64,000 nucleotides of DNA, from NCBI RefSeq assembly GCF_003704095.1, contig NW_020844867.1, positions 62,001 through 126,000 of the forward strand, read 5' to 3'. Numbering within the stretch: position 1 is the stretch's first letter; each line of letters opens with the position of its first letter. The notes under the pieces were generated by a model, which was not told the origin of the DNA, ran no database searches, and saw only the letters and a program-made list of their open reading frames with translations. The translations under genes and the position numbers were made by a program. Below, piece after piece: positions 1 to 11,864 of the stretch. Origin of the DNA: Pocillopora damicornis (Eukaryota).

Positions 1-898
1 TTATTTAAAAATATTTCGCCTTGCCACTTAGTTGTCCTTCAGTACGTAGCTTCTATAGAAAGCCTTTCAAATTCGAACCTCGTTAAACCAGCTCCTTCCT
101 GATAGTCCGCTGACCTGAATACGACAAGAGGACTATTGTATTGGATAATGTCAGGAGAGAACCGGGAAAATACGAAATATGATTTCAATAAAAAGTAATC
201 ATGCCCTGGTAAACATTACAAGGCTAGTTTTCTTCGCGTGTTCTTTAATTCATAACAAAAGCTGGGGTAAGCGTGAAGCTGCAACTTTTAAAAAGGGCTT
301 GAAACGCCACAGAAACGTAAGTAATTATTTCTCTCTTGCTCAGGCAAATACACCGCAACACAAGATATTCTGTCACTCAAGAATCTCTCTAAGTTTAGAG
401 CACGTACTAAAGCAGGTGAAAAAATAAATTTATTTTAAGGTTAATCAATATTTGAAAAGACCTTACACACTCTTTAAACGACTCAGATCTATTTGCATAG
501 ACTGTCTTTCAAGCATGTTCAACTTTGTCTGCTCAATATGCGAGGAATTGAATAATTTGCCTTAAAATACTTTCCTCTAACGAAGATATAGTTAGCTTTC
601 CCATTTTTGTATTCCGGTATTTCCTTCCGTAGGTATAAGTGAAACGTTCGTAGTGTTATAATGTTCCTTATAGAACTCACACGTGAAAAAATGCAAAAAT
701 ATTTATTTATTTTTATTCCCTAAAGCTCTGTGAACGATGATTAGCATGCAATATCGTTATTGTCTATTAATTGATTCGTCTACACACGACAAAATGGTTT
801 CGTCGAGTCATTTATGGCAACAAAACACAACTTTGCTGATCCTAGCAGTATGCAGGACACGTGTCATATGAACTTTGTAATAGACCTCGCTCATTGTA

Positions 899-976
899 GA
901 GTCTCTGTAGTTTAGTGGTTAGAGCATCGGAGTGCGGAACCCGAAGGTCTTAGCTTCGATTTCTCATAAGGACTCA
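899..976 (+). repeat. tRNA-like (Arg-GCG-like) sequence inside a larger repeat (~830-1095); degenerate, probably SINE/pseudo-tRNA
   Basis: gagtctc...ggactca acceptor-like ends, A-box-like tagtttagtggttagagc, anticodon arm cgga-gtgcggaa-cccg, decayed B-box (gcttcgatttc). A second degenerate copy with similar upstream flank lies at ~21557-21677. Confidence 0.6.
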
Positions 977-3575
977 GAATTTTTTCGGAAAAAAATTTTG
1001 TCTTTGTCCCACGCTCGTGACAAGACGAAAAATACCTTTCTCTATTTCATTACCGAGCTCAAAACTTAGTATATCTCTCATTCTATTTACAAAACACAAG
1101 ATATTTCCCATTCAAATGGAAAGAAAGGAGAACATTGCAAACAAACAAGAAATCCGTTGTTTCGTTCAGTGTCATAGAGTCATATCTACCTGAATGAAAG
1201 TCAACTAGCTTACCAACGGTTTATCTCTTCTCCACGACATAGAGCTTTAAGTTGTTTGCCATCCTTCACCTGGTGTAAAAGAGCTCAGCATGAAAAGAAC
1301 GGGGATCGGGAATTCCGGAGACAATTGGAGTACGGTTATCACAAGCGTAACAATAGCCTTACTTACTTTCAAACGCAAAACGTATTCATTCTCATATTGT
1401 TCATGCATTATTACGGGGGTTTGCGCTGACTCGACGGCGACGTCTGGGTAAGCGATTAAGATATGAACTTCAACTTCTCTTGAGGGATTTGTGATTACTT
1501 TGATGGGCCTTTCTACTGTAACGGCGCCAGATCTTCTCATCTACTCAACATGTGTGTTTGGCCTTTAGTTTGAAGTTGAAATTTGCAGTACTTGCTGTCA
1601 AGTTTCCTGTCCCGAGGCGACGTAAATTTTGTTGATTTCTTGTTGTTTTCCATGGACTACTTAAAAATATACTAAATCTTAAAATGCACGCAAGAGCTAC
1701 TGTTCTGCTCTTGAAATCGTTCATTTCTGTAGGCTGTCGCCGCCGTCGCCGTCATGGTTCTAAATAAATTGGTTACAGTTTGTTTGACAATGGCTGAAGA
1801 CGTGCTGTGGCAAAAACCCAGACGTTGTAACAAAGTTAAACCAAATTTTTTCCGCTTTTGTTGTGAAAATCCCTGATGATGAAAATTCCTCTAGCCTATC
1901 GACTTTTTTTTAACAATCTAGCATAATATTTATTTTGGATTTCTAATTTGGCAGAGCAAAAGTTCAGTTGATCATGCACTGGCTCAGTTCGTTAAATGTG
2001 GAAAATTGTTGTTCAGTGTAGAATTCGTGACAACTCTCTTGCTCTGTATAGTGAGGTTTCAACTCTTTTCTCCAAGGGGAGGTCGCTTAACAATAATTGG
2101 AACTTTCACGAAAGTTAGATAGCCACATTCTGTCTATGGCGGGGGCTCTCACACGCTGAAAAAATACTCAACAGTTGGATAACTCGTGAGCGCATCTTAA
2201 AATGCCCTTGCTTGAAAGAAAAGCTGAATTGAAGCTACAATTTTTTATCGATCCTAGATGCTTTTATGATCTAAAATTTCTCAAGTACTTATTTACATAA
2301 TCCGAAAATAAAACTTCTCGAATGTTTCATGTTTCGGCACATAAAAAAAACATCAAGTACTTAAACTTTTTAGTAGATCTAAAGAGCGTACAACTTGACA
2401 TGGTAGTGAAAATGGAATAGTGAAGGACGATTCGCAGTTACATTTATCAAGTGGGTAGAAACGTGGTAGGTAAGTGGTAATATTTAAATGTGTTATACGC
2501 ATTTAAACTTACAATTAACCAAACTTTCGTTAGCTGTTTCGGCACAATTCACTGACCAGATCCCATTTCTTTTGTGCAAGAAATACGCATATATTCACGT
2601 AGAGCGTCACAAAAATAATTTCGTGCACAGATGTATTTATTTCAGTATGGATAATGTTGTCAGTCAGACGGAAGTTTATACGATTTGATAACATTTGCCA
2701 AAACAGTCTGGCGAAAATGGCTTCCTATCTAAATTTTCGAGCGGCCAAAGATTGGTTCAAACTTGTAACATCAACAGCCGATCCTTTCATCTCAAGTTTG
2801 GTTTCTGATTGTAGTGAAGTAGAAGCTGATCAGTTTTGTTTTTGCACCAAACAGTTTGGCGAAAATGAACACCGATCTGAATTTCCAAGCGGCAAAAAGT
2901 AATTTAAACTACGTATACATATTAACTCCACCAATCGATTTATTATGCGTAAAGCTTGATAAATGTTGTCTTTAAGCGGCTGCAGAGCTGGCGAATATTG
3001 TTTTTGGGACAATACTATGGAGTGAAAATTAAAACAAGTTTTAATTTCCGACGTTTAAAAGTCAGCCAGACGATTTGTAGGTCTACATCGTAAAATTTAT
3101 GTCGAATTTGTCTCTATAATTCAGTCCTACGGATATACATCCGTAATTAACACTCAAATATCCTGAAATTTCCACAGAGTCTCTCCCACACTTAGTGATA
3201 CATTATTATTAACGTCAGATGGGAGAATTTAAAACCACAACGCCTGCTTCTTTCATTTTGTCTTTAATTTACTGCTTTTCGCTTCGTTGATCGGCTCGAT
3301 TAGCTGGTAGTAATGAATAACAGGGGATTTACAGGTTCACATCTTTAAGTAATACAGCAAAGAAAGATTGCTTTTTTTCGAGCTCAGAATTTCTCCAAAG
3401 TTCCTTCGTGCGAGTTTATCCCAGGATGAATTACATCGCACTTTGATTGCGCTTCTTTTAAATTTAGAATCTCGGTTTCCCTAAAATAACCAGCTCAAAC
3501 ACTCGAAAACTATGTACATGTATAAGTTCTCTCTTTAAACATATTCCACCGAGTGATCATAAAGGCTTTGTCTTC

Positions 3576-3946
3576 GGCCCAGTTCCCACTTTGTGCTCCT
3601 GACGTGTCGAACTTAGTTCAGAAATTAAGTTAGAAAAAAGCATGGCAGAAGCACGGCGTCTGAATCAAACTTTTGAGTTAAGTTCGACAAGCACTACCGT
3701 GCCACACGACTCTGGCGCTACAGTGCTTCAAGCGTCGTGCCTCCGCCGAGCCAAACAAAATTTATAAATTATGCTTATGACTTTTTGGCGGGATTGAGAA
3801 CGAATTATCAGTTTACCTCCATAAATTCTGAATTTCGTACCACTCTACCAAGATGTCTGCGTCAAAGTCGTGTTCCCGCCGTGCTAAAGTCAGACCTAAT
3901 AGCAAGCAATTTCGGCACGGCAGAGACACGACGTCTGAACTGGGCC
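3576..3946. mobile_element. MITE, PIF/Harbinger-like
   Basis: Perfect 10-bp TIR ggcccagttc (3576) / gaactgggcc (3937-3946), 3-bp direct repeat ttc on both flanks, internal inverted subrepeats (cacggcagag/acgacgtctg motifs), no ORF. Confidence 0.65.
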
Positions 3947-4814
3947 TTCCTCTCTGCGTGAAACCAACAGAGGTGATGAGAATTAATGTGAGAGAAGTTG
4001 GTTACATTTTGGAAACATTAAAGAAATACGATATTTATCATCTATGCCACGAGTTCACTTTGGATGATGTAAGGCGGAGTTAATCCAGAGATTTGAGGAG
4101 TTTTAGGTTACTCGTTTTCCCGACTCGAGACTAAATTTTAACTGCGGTTTGATTCTGAGTCCTAAACGTGACACAAGTGTGATTCGGTTGAAAGCATGAA
4201 GAAGAAGAGCTTTATTTACATAAAACAAACGCGAAGACTAATCATCACATGATAGGTGCAAAGCTTGTTCACACCTACAAATCTTTTTTAGATGAACTGA
4301 ATCTGAAAAAAAAATGAAAGAAAGTTGCAAAGAACAAAGCAAACTAGGTGAAAGGAACAAGATTTACTTTCAGTTGATTTCTTAAAGCTATCGTGGTATT
4401 TTATGCAAATTATATCGAAGATAAATTATTTCTTTGCGTCAGTAGGTGCTAAATTATCTCCTAATTGACTCTATTGGTGAAGAACGATCTGGATAACTGC
4501 CAAAAGGTTTGTTATAATCGCCTTTATAACTTATTGCGTTACAGGCTTACATGCTTTGCCGAGAATAAATTGGATATATAAACCGCATCATAATTCTTGA
4601 ATAACAACCATTTTTTTGCTAATGTTAAAAACCTATTTAAAATCCCTTTGAAACCTATTAATTGCTTTGAATTAGTTATGAAATAATACAAAAAGAAGAC
4701 TACAATTAACAAATAAAAAATAGCGTAGGAGGTGTGGGCAAAACTCACGAAATTCCTTTTTAAACAAACGTCACGGCCTACTCGATTAACACAAGTATTT
4801 AGCCTGCAGATGGA

Positions 4815-7800
4815 ATGGAGGGCGCGAAACATCAGAACCCCAACAAATATCTCAAACTTTGTTTGTTAAATCGCTTGTGGCTGTGTTATTTGTTCTTTCA
4901 ACAAATTCGAGGTATGTTAAGTTAGCTAATTTATTGCTGCCACATGTAGTTTTGGGGATCTTGCTGTACTGAAAATTCAGATAAGTGTCTTATCTGAGGA
5001 AGTCTTTTGGCAAAGATCACGAAGGCGAAAAACAGCTGGGGATAATTGCGCTATCAGGCGTTTCGCGTTTTTCTTAGAAACACCAGTTTCAAAGACCACG
5101 AACTTCGTGTTTCTTTTATGACGGGTACTTCCTTTTGCAGGAGAGCAACAACAACAAAACTAGTCGCTCTGAATAAGAAAACTATTTCATTTTGCAAGCA
5201 AACTTATTGGAACCTGTTACTTGGAAATTTTCGCATAACATGACGCAAATATTAAGGTTGGGAAATTTACTCTAAGAGGATCCGTTTTACATTACCATTG
5301 TTCACAAGAATCTCAATCATATTGTGAATAACGTAACGTTAATTTTTTTTGGCTGAAAACTAACGCTAAAACATTTCAATCGAGCGAAGGGAGGGAAGGT
5401 AAGCGTCACTAAACCTTCAGATATGTCTTCTTTATGCCATACCACACCACTGTCACGTGTTCTTCTAAAAGAAAAAAAAAGAGCTTATTTAAAGGCTAAT
5501 GACCACAAAACAAATTCAAAATGTTTTTATCTTGAAATTAAACCTGTTTTTCTTTCACAAAACAGCTGCAATTAAAAGGGTACGAAATTAGCTTAGTTCC
5601 CTAAACTCTAGAGCACAGTATTGCGAAATGTTTTGTCTCTTAGAAGAAACAATTTTTTTTAAGTTTGAAAGAAAATGTATTATTTATGCTAAACATATTA
5701 ACGATATGAATATTCTCATTTTTCGCGTGTTATGAAATATTGACGATGCGTGATAAAGCGATTTTTAATTTTGATGAGTTCGGTTTTTGGTCTGTTCTCC
5801 CTCCACGTTTCAATTCAACCAACCACAACCAACGGCAGATATTGGCTGTTTAGATCATTAACAGCTGGCAAATTGGGGTAACGGGAGACGTGTGACCTCT
5901 ATAAGTGTACACAAGTAGTTCCCAAGTAATTGTACTGTTATGACTAAGGATAAATTTCATTCAGCTAATAAGTCAAAACCATACTGTGTGTGCATAAAAC
6001 AAGTTGTTAAGTTTTAATACACAGCACTGCTGTTGTGACTACAGATAACCTTTGTATAGCTGAGTCAAAAACCATAAGGTGCTGAAATTGAATCTGAATA
6101 TATTTTAATGAATTAGGTGACTGCAGTTTCATCGCTCAGCGCCCTTTCGTTGAAACGCCTTAGCTTGCTCGAGAGCGAGGTTATCTTCATTCTTGCTCTT
6201 CACTTTTTCCTGGATTTAGGATTAAATTTCTGCCAGTGCAATACATATTCCCCCTGGGGCAGGAAAAATTCCTCATGGATGTTAATTAGCAAGCTAAGTA
6301 CATTCAAAGTAAAGGCAGCTGAAGCACAATTCTTAATTTAGCCAAGAATCGAAAGATGAGCGTGAGATGTTAATGGCGAACGTCTAAAAAAGAAATTAGC
6401 TAGAGCAGATATTTTCATGCCGTCTAGATCTTGTTATAAATTCTTTTCATAACTATTTCTTTATATTGTCAAAATTATTTCACTCTCTCGTCATCCAAAA
6501 AAGCAGCAGTCTATTAGAGTCTCTCTCGGGATGGAGTGGCTGTGTATTTCCACTTTCGTCAAGACTTAAACCGTTTTCGAATTCGAGGTGTCAAACTTGA
6601 CTCACCCTCTACATCAATTGCATTCTAATATTGAATGAGGCTAAACACCGGATCCAAATATGGCAGACTACTCTCCCGTGAAAGATTTCGTTTCCTTTTA
6701 AAGGCTTTCAGGAACACAAAAACTCAGAAGCATACGAAATAGAACGGAATAGATTGACAACGAAGCAATACCTCTCCAGAGCTGCGGTCACACAACAAAA
6801 TCCAAGGCCTTGCCAGCCTCGCTATCATGCAACTCAACCCGGGCCGACCGAGTAATGCGCTACATTTGCATCCGGTCTATGCCTCCGCCGATGTGAGCAA
6901 CATTTAATCCCAATCTGTCAATCCGATGTTCCGCTGGATCGTTTATATTCGGATTTCGGCCAGTTTGAAAATCCCAATGCTGCATGTAAACTGCATACGA
7001 ATGTTCGCATGTAAGAATTCTGTCTTTGAAAGTACTGCAAAAGGCAGTGAAAAAATTGAGGCACTTTCAAACTGAATTTCTAAGCTGTCAAGCTTGTAAG
7101 TCAGAAAAGGTTACCAGTCTTTCTCTAAATGCCAAAAGCTGAACAGTTAACAAATTTGTCGAAACAGTATACCGACCGAGGGCGAACAGAGACTAACGCT
7201 GCGATCCTCGGTCCGAAGTTCAAAAAAAAAAATCTAGAATCCGGGTCAAAATTTCCAAGAGACGCGTGATCCACATAATTTTTTGAGTGAGCGAATTCGT
7301 GGATATCATAAAATGATAATAATTTAAAGCGAGAGAGCAATTTAGTCTCGTTCCCTATAAACGTTCACTCTGATATATATTTATTAATTCGTTTTGTTCT
7401 CACCTAATTCTGTTCATATATCTATTTATGTCCTATTTCTTCTGTTTTTTTTCTTAACAGGTGTGTCATCTGCAAGATGTAAGTCCTCGTGTCTCTCATC
7501 TCAGGGTAATTGGCAGGACTCCGTATCAACGAAGGTAGACCCAGGCCTCAATACAACTCTCAATGGCTCGGCCATTTCAAGAACACAACTAATAGGTATG
7601 AGTTGGGAACAAGACGGAAAGCGAATAGATATTAGCAGTGGCTCGTCTGTTCATTCTTATTATTTATCACCGCGGGGTGGGGGGGAGTGGAGGATTTCGG
7701 AGAGGATCGCATGGTTCTCGAAGAATGGATCAGTCGTCGCCAACAAAGTATGAGGGAGGACTATGGGAAATTTATGCTAATTAACTGCTAGTGAGAAGGA

Positions 7801-10800
7801 CCCATGTTGTGCGGGAGGGGAAGGCAAATTTCAATAATTTATCAATCATTGCTGCTTCGAAATGATAAATCCAATCAAGATCTCATCTTAAAGTCATCCT
7901 GTTATCTTTTGCTTTTTTTATTTTATAATTGCGATCAGTTTTGACTTTATCATAAAGTGTGACTAAACATGGAGTGATACTATAACCACTTCCCGACGTT
8001 CGGTTAATAAAACGATGCGCGATAGTCATAAAGTGTGACTAAACATGGAGTGATACTATAACCACTTCCCGACGTTCAGTTAATAAAACGATGCGCGATA
8101 GTCACTGGTGCGATAGTAGCGGAAGAGTGAAGAAACGCTAGAGGACCGGGTTAATTGCGCGATGAAAAACTCGACCCAAACCCCCCTCAGTCTTCGCTCT
8201 GCCGATACTATCGATCTGTTTACTATTTCGCACCATTTTGTTGATAGAACGTCTGGAACACGCTAGCAACAGTATTGATAACATCCATTTTCCTGAAACT
8301 TAGCTAAATAAATTATCATAAAGGTTAACTTATGTCAGCTCTCGAGTGCGTGCATTAACATGGAGAGATTTTTGAGCAGTTTTTCGATGCATTTTCCCTC
8401 CCCTAGAAGCGGTGAAAGTTGTCTGTACCTCTCCCACGCCTGACATTATTCTTAAAGACAAGGAGAAGAAAATGAAGTGCTGTTTTTCGGGACAGCCTAC
8501 CCCTCAGCTGGTCCACTGGTACAGGAATGGAGAAAAAGTCGTCAACGGATCCAAAGGAATTTATGAGTATCAGAGGAGTAGAGGAAAATATATCGAAAGT
8601 ACTCTTCTCCTCCCGCCTGGCCGAGGGGAACTGGAGGGATTTTACGAATGCAGTGCTACCAACCAGGAATCTGACTGGTCGAGTAATGCTTCTGAAAGAT
8701 TACAGGTTAAATTTGAATGTAAGCATTTCGGATCTGATTAAGTATCGTAACCATAAGTTGTGGTAAATTTACAGTTCGAATTTCTGACATAGAAGGTTAC
8801 TTTTCCAAAAATTTTCTAACACGAGTTTGATTTTAAGAAATTATTTTGAAAGATCAATGCCGATTTTTTGAGAAGCATGTCGCTGTGCATGAATTTTTTT
8901 GTCAACATTAATAATTACAAAAAACGTTTCGCAGTAAACCAATAATAAGAGATTATAAATTAATCATTATCTCTTGTCTAATGTATATATAATAAGCAAC
9001 AATCTATATAGACCGCCGAACTGCCGTGCGGACCAACACTCAGGATCTTAAAACAACTGAGGAGAATGTGTTGCCTTTGGTATGACGATCTAGTCTTCTC
9101 GGGTAAGGATAAAAACCGTAGGCCCGTCTCCTGTATCTTCTTCTCTATTGGTTTGCAGGGGACGGTCAAGAACCCACGCATTTCTCACAAACAGTAGGTG
9201 ACGTAGCTCCCGGTGTTATGGATCTGGCTTTGTTTCCAAAGATTCCTAAATTGGGGTCATCTGCGAAATTCCCTTTAAAAGAATTTCGGTAAACTGCTTA
9301 AAGCAGCCTGGTCAAAGCTCTCCATAAAGTGTTATTTAGTGCATTAGAACATATTCATATGTAGAGTGCTCTCTATAAATGCTTCATTATTATTATTATT
9401 ATTACTATCTCCTTCTTAGGTCCTATTCAAATTCTACATCACCCAATCATTTCCGCATCGAAATTGAAATTTTCTACTATTAAGCTAACTTGCCTATATG
9501 AGCAGAATGAGGATTGTCCCCATCAAATATTATGGTATCGAGAAGGAAAAGAAAAAAAGCTTTTGGAAAAAAGCGCAAAGTACCGAATACAAGAAAAACA
9601 AGTTAAAAATAAATGTGAAGAAGTCTCCGTTTTGTCCATTCTGAACGTTACTGAAAATGACGAAGGAAATTACAGCTGCATTTGGACTTGCGAATATCAC
9701 TCCAACTTAACAGCTTTCATAGATTTAAAACTCCCCCCTCCAGGTAAGTCAGTTCTTAAATTCGTAACTGTTTTGCAAGTATTTAGTTTAGCTAATCCAA
9801 GGGACTGACCTCGGCAGGGAGGTCGCAACATAACCAATATATATAATGAACAAAAGTGTGGTTTTGAATCTTCCACGTCAGGGTCTTCTATTCGGTTGGT
9901 GACAAGTCTATTTGTCTGTTATCTTCCTGTTTTAGCAGACTGCCTACTGAAAGTACAAGTCAACCAACTACTAACTTACCCAGCTACCTATGACTCAACT
10001 GCCTCTCTCTCCTCGTTATTCTCTCCCTCCCTTATATGTACTTACATCTTATTATCATCTTTTAAACTCCAGATTTTAGAACAATTCCTACAAATTTACC
10101 CATAACCTTACCTCACTCCCTACCTTCACCCCCACTTTCGTAGATTGTTTTAATGTCTTATAAAAGTTTCTCCCTACAACTCGTCCTCCCTCTTTCCTCA
10201 TCCCCAGATCCTTCTGTCCCTTCTACCAACTTGCCCTCTTCCCTCCCGACCCACTTCTCTACTTCCCTCCCCTCTACCTATCTTCCCATTTCCCACCTTC
10301 CTTGCCCACCTCTTTACCTCCCTATCTCCCTCCTGTCCATGCTTGTTTGACCACAGAGAATCTTACATGTTCATTTTCAGATCCACCAATACTGAACACG
10401 ACCATTGCAAATAAATCAACTAAATTCACAGCAAAGCCGTCGTCTCACTTCCCTTCTGGTTAGTGTTTTTCAGTATTTTCAAGTCACATTTTAAATCCCT
10501 CTACGCTGAATCATGAATTTCAAACTTTTTTGTTTAAATCTGCAGGAGGTACAAAGAACTGGCTTCTACCAGTCATCATTATTTCAGCAGCAACTCTCAC
10601 TGTGATCATCATGTCGTTGGTGCGACTTTTAGTCAAGAAAAAGAGTTCGTCAACTTTTAAATTGGGAAAATGTAAGTTGCAGACATCATATTTACTGGTT
10701 CGTGTTGCCGGAAAAATCCAACGGTACAGGTGCACCATAGGCTCAAACGTGACATTTAGCGGTTTTAGCTGGACTATTTTAGGATGAGATTTAGCTTCAG

Positions 10801-11864
10801 TGAACATCGACCGACCGACCAACTGACTCTCCATTTGATTAACAAAATAGTTGGTGAACCGACTGGCCGAATGACCGACTTTATGACTGACACACTGGCT
10901 GAATGGCTCACTGATCACTTAACTGACTGACTATCTATTAACTGACTGACATAATTACTGGCTAACCGATCAGCTGGCTGATCTACTACTGACTGACTGA
11001 ATTACTGAATGGCTGACTGATTAAGTAACTGACACATTGATTGACCGACTGTCTGCCCGACTGACTGACTAACTGACTGCATGAATGACTGGACGCCTGA
11101 CAGACTGACTGGCTGACCGACTGACTGACTGTATGACTGATTGACTGACTGGTCGACTGACCGACTGCCTGCCTGACAGACAGACAGACTGACTGACTGA
11201 CGACTGACTGACTGACTGACTAACTGCCTGACTGACCGACTGGCTGTCTGACTGACTGAATGACTAAATAGCTGTCTGGCTGACTGACTAAGTGACCGAT
11301 GCACCGATTCATAGAGTGACTAACCGCCTTGGCTTTCAAATTGTAACAAGGAAAGGAATGGTGTTCCAATAGCTTTTTTTCTTACCTCTGACAGATGGCT
11401 TAAAGGAAGCAGCCACCCTAAATCGACTGTTTATCAGCTTCAGTTCAAAAGATTTGGCGTGGACTAATGAGAACCTCATTTCAATTTTTGAGAAGCACTC
11501 GATAGCTTACAGCATTCATAGCCGGGACTTTGAGCTTGGAAAGCCGATAGTCCAAAACATGGCGGACAATGTGTATGGCAGCCGTCAGGTTTTGATCGTT
11601 TTATCCCAGAATTACCTTGCCAGTAATTTCTGCCGGGAGGAGCTGCACATGGCTGTCCAGAGGGGAATAGACTCGGGAGATTCGTCGCTAATTCTTGTGA
11701 TGATTAACAACTTGAAGAAAAAGCAACTACCGGCTGCTCTGAGAAATAAAAAAATGTTGGACTTTGACAAACATAAGAAGAAACAAGATTGGGAGGAGAA
11801 AATACTGAGCGAAATAGTCGACGGCCAAGGTCAAGCTGCCGACTCGTACACTTCTAGGTTCTAA
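4815..11864 (+). CDS. IL-1 receptor-like Ig-TM-TIR protein (paralog 1)
   Basis: Exons, all joined in phase 1: 4815-4911 (MEGAKHQNPNKYLKLCLLNRLWLCYLFFQQIR, signal-peptide-like); degenerate Ig1 exon from 7461 (skipped or ending at cryptic donor 7505/7595); 8407-8718 (Ig: KCCFSG..VHWYRNG..EGFYEC); 9420-9743 (Ig: LTC..ILWY..DEGNYSC); 10381-10458 (S/T/P stalk); 10546-10671 (TM WLLPVIIISAATLTVIIMSLV, then RLLVKKK); 11395-11864 (TIR: LFISFSSKDLAW, IHSRDFELG, VLSQNYLASNFCREEL). 468 aa if exon 2 is skipped. Confidence 0.85.
7655..7800. mobile_element. Non-autonomous DNA transposon fragment interrupting the Ig1 exon of paralog 1
   Basis: Similarity to the paralog-2 Ig1 exon stops after SSGSSV (~7650) and is replaced by attatttatcaccgcgggg..gaggattt..ggatcagtcgtcgccaacaaagtat, which I recognise as a common anthozoan MITE end. 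Right boundary uncertain. Confidence 0.5.
7951..8102. repeat. Tandem duplication, 2 x 76 bp
   Basis: cataaagtgtgactaaacatgg...gcgcgatagt at 7951-8026 and 8027-8102, one mismatch. Confidence 0.95.
8108..8265. mobile_element. MITE fragment (same family as 58752-58943)
   Basis: Shares gtgcgatagtagcgga and ttcgctctgccg.tactatcg blocks with the 58752-58943 copy; ends gaacgtctggaacacgcta. Confidence 0.55.
9012..9404 (+). mobile_element. 5'-truncated SINE with Deu/Nin-type central domain and (TTA)n tail
   Basis: cttctcgggtaaggataaaaaccgtaggcccgtctc...ggacggtcaagaacccac...agtagg...cccggtgtt resembles the Deu-domain core (recalled consensus). 3' end tataaatgc-(tta)n is typical of an L2-type tail. 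Confidence 0.6.
10810..11325. repeat. Degenerate (GACT)n microsatellite in the intron between the TM and TIR exons
   Basis: About 500 bp of gact/gacc/ggct tetramers. Confidence 0.95.

Noticed and set aside
1247-1540. 97-aa minus-strand ORF with a possible internal donor
   Set aside because: No recognisable domain or linked exons; cannot be supported without a homology search.
10153-10350. Pro/Ser/Leu-rich ORF resembling a mucin stalk
   Set aside because: Pyrimidine-rich low-complexity intron; the real stalk exon is 10381-10458.
11002-11304. 100-aa S/Q/V-rich minus-strand ORF
   Set aside because: Translation of the (GACT)n microsatellite.
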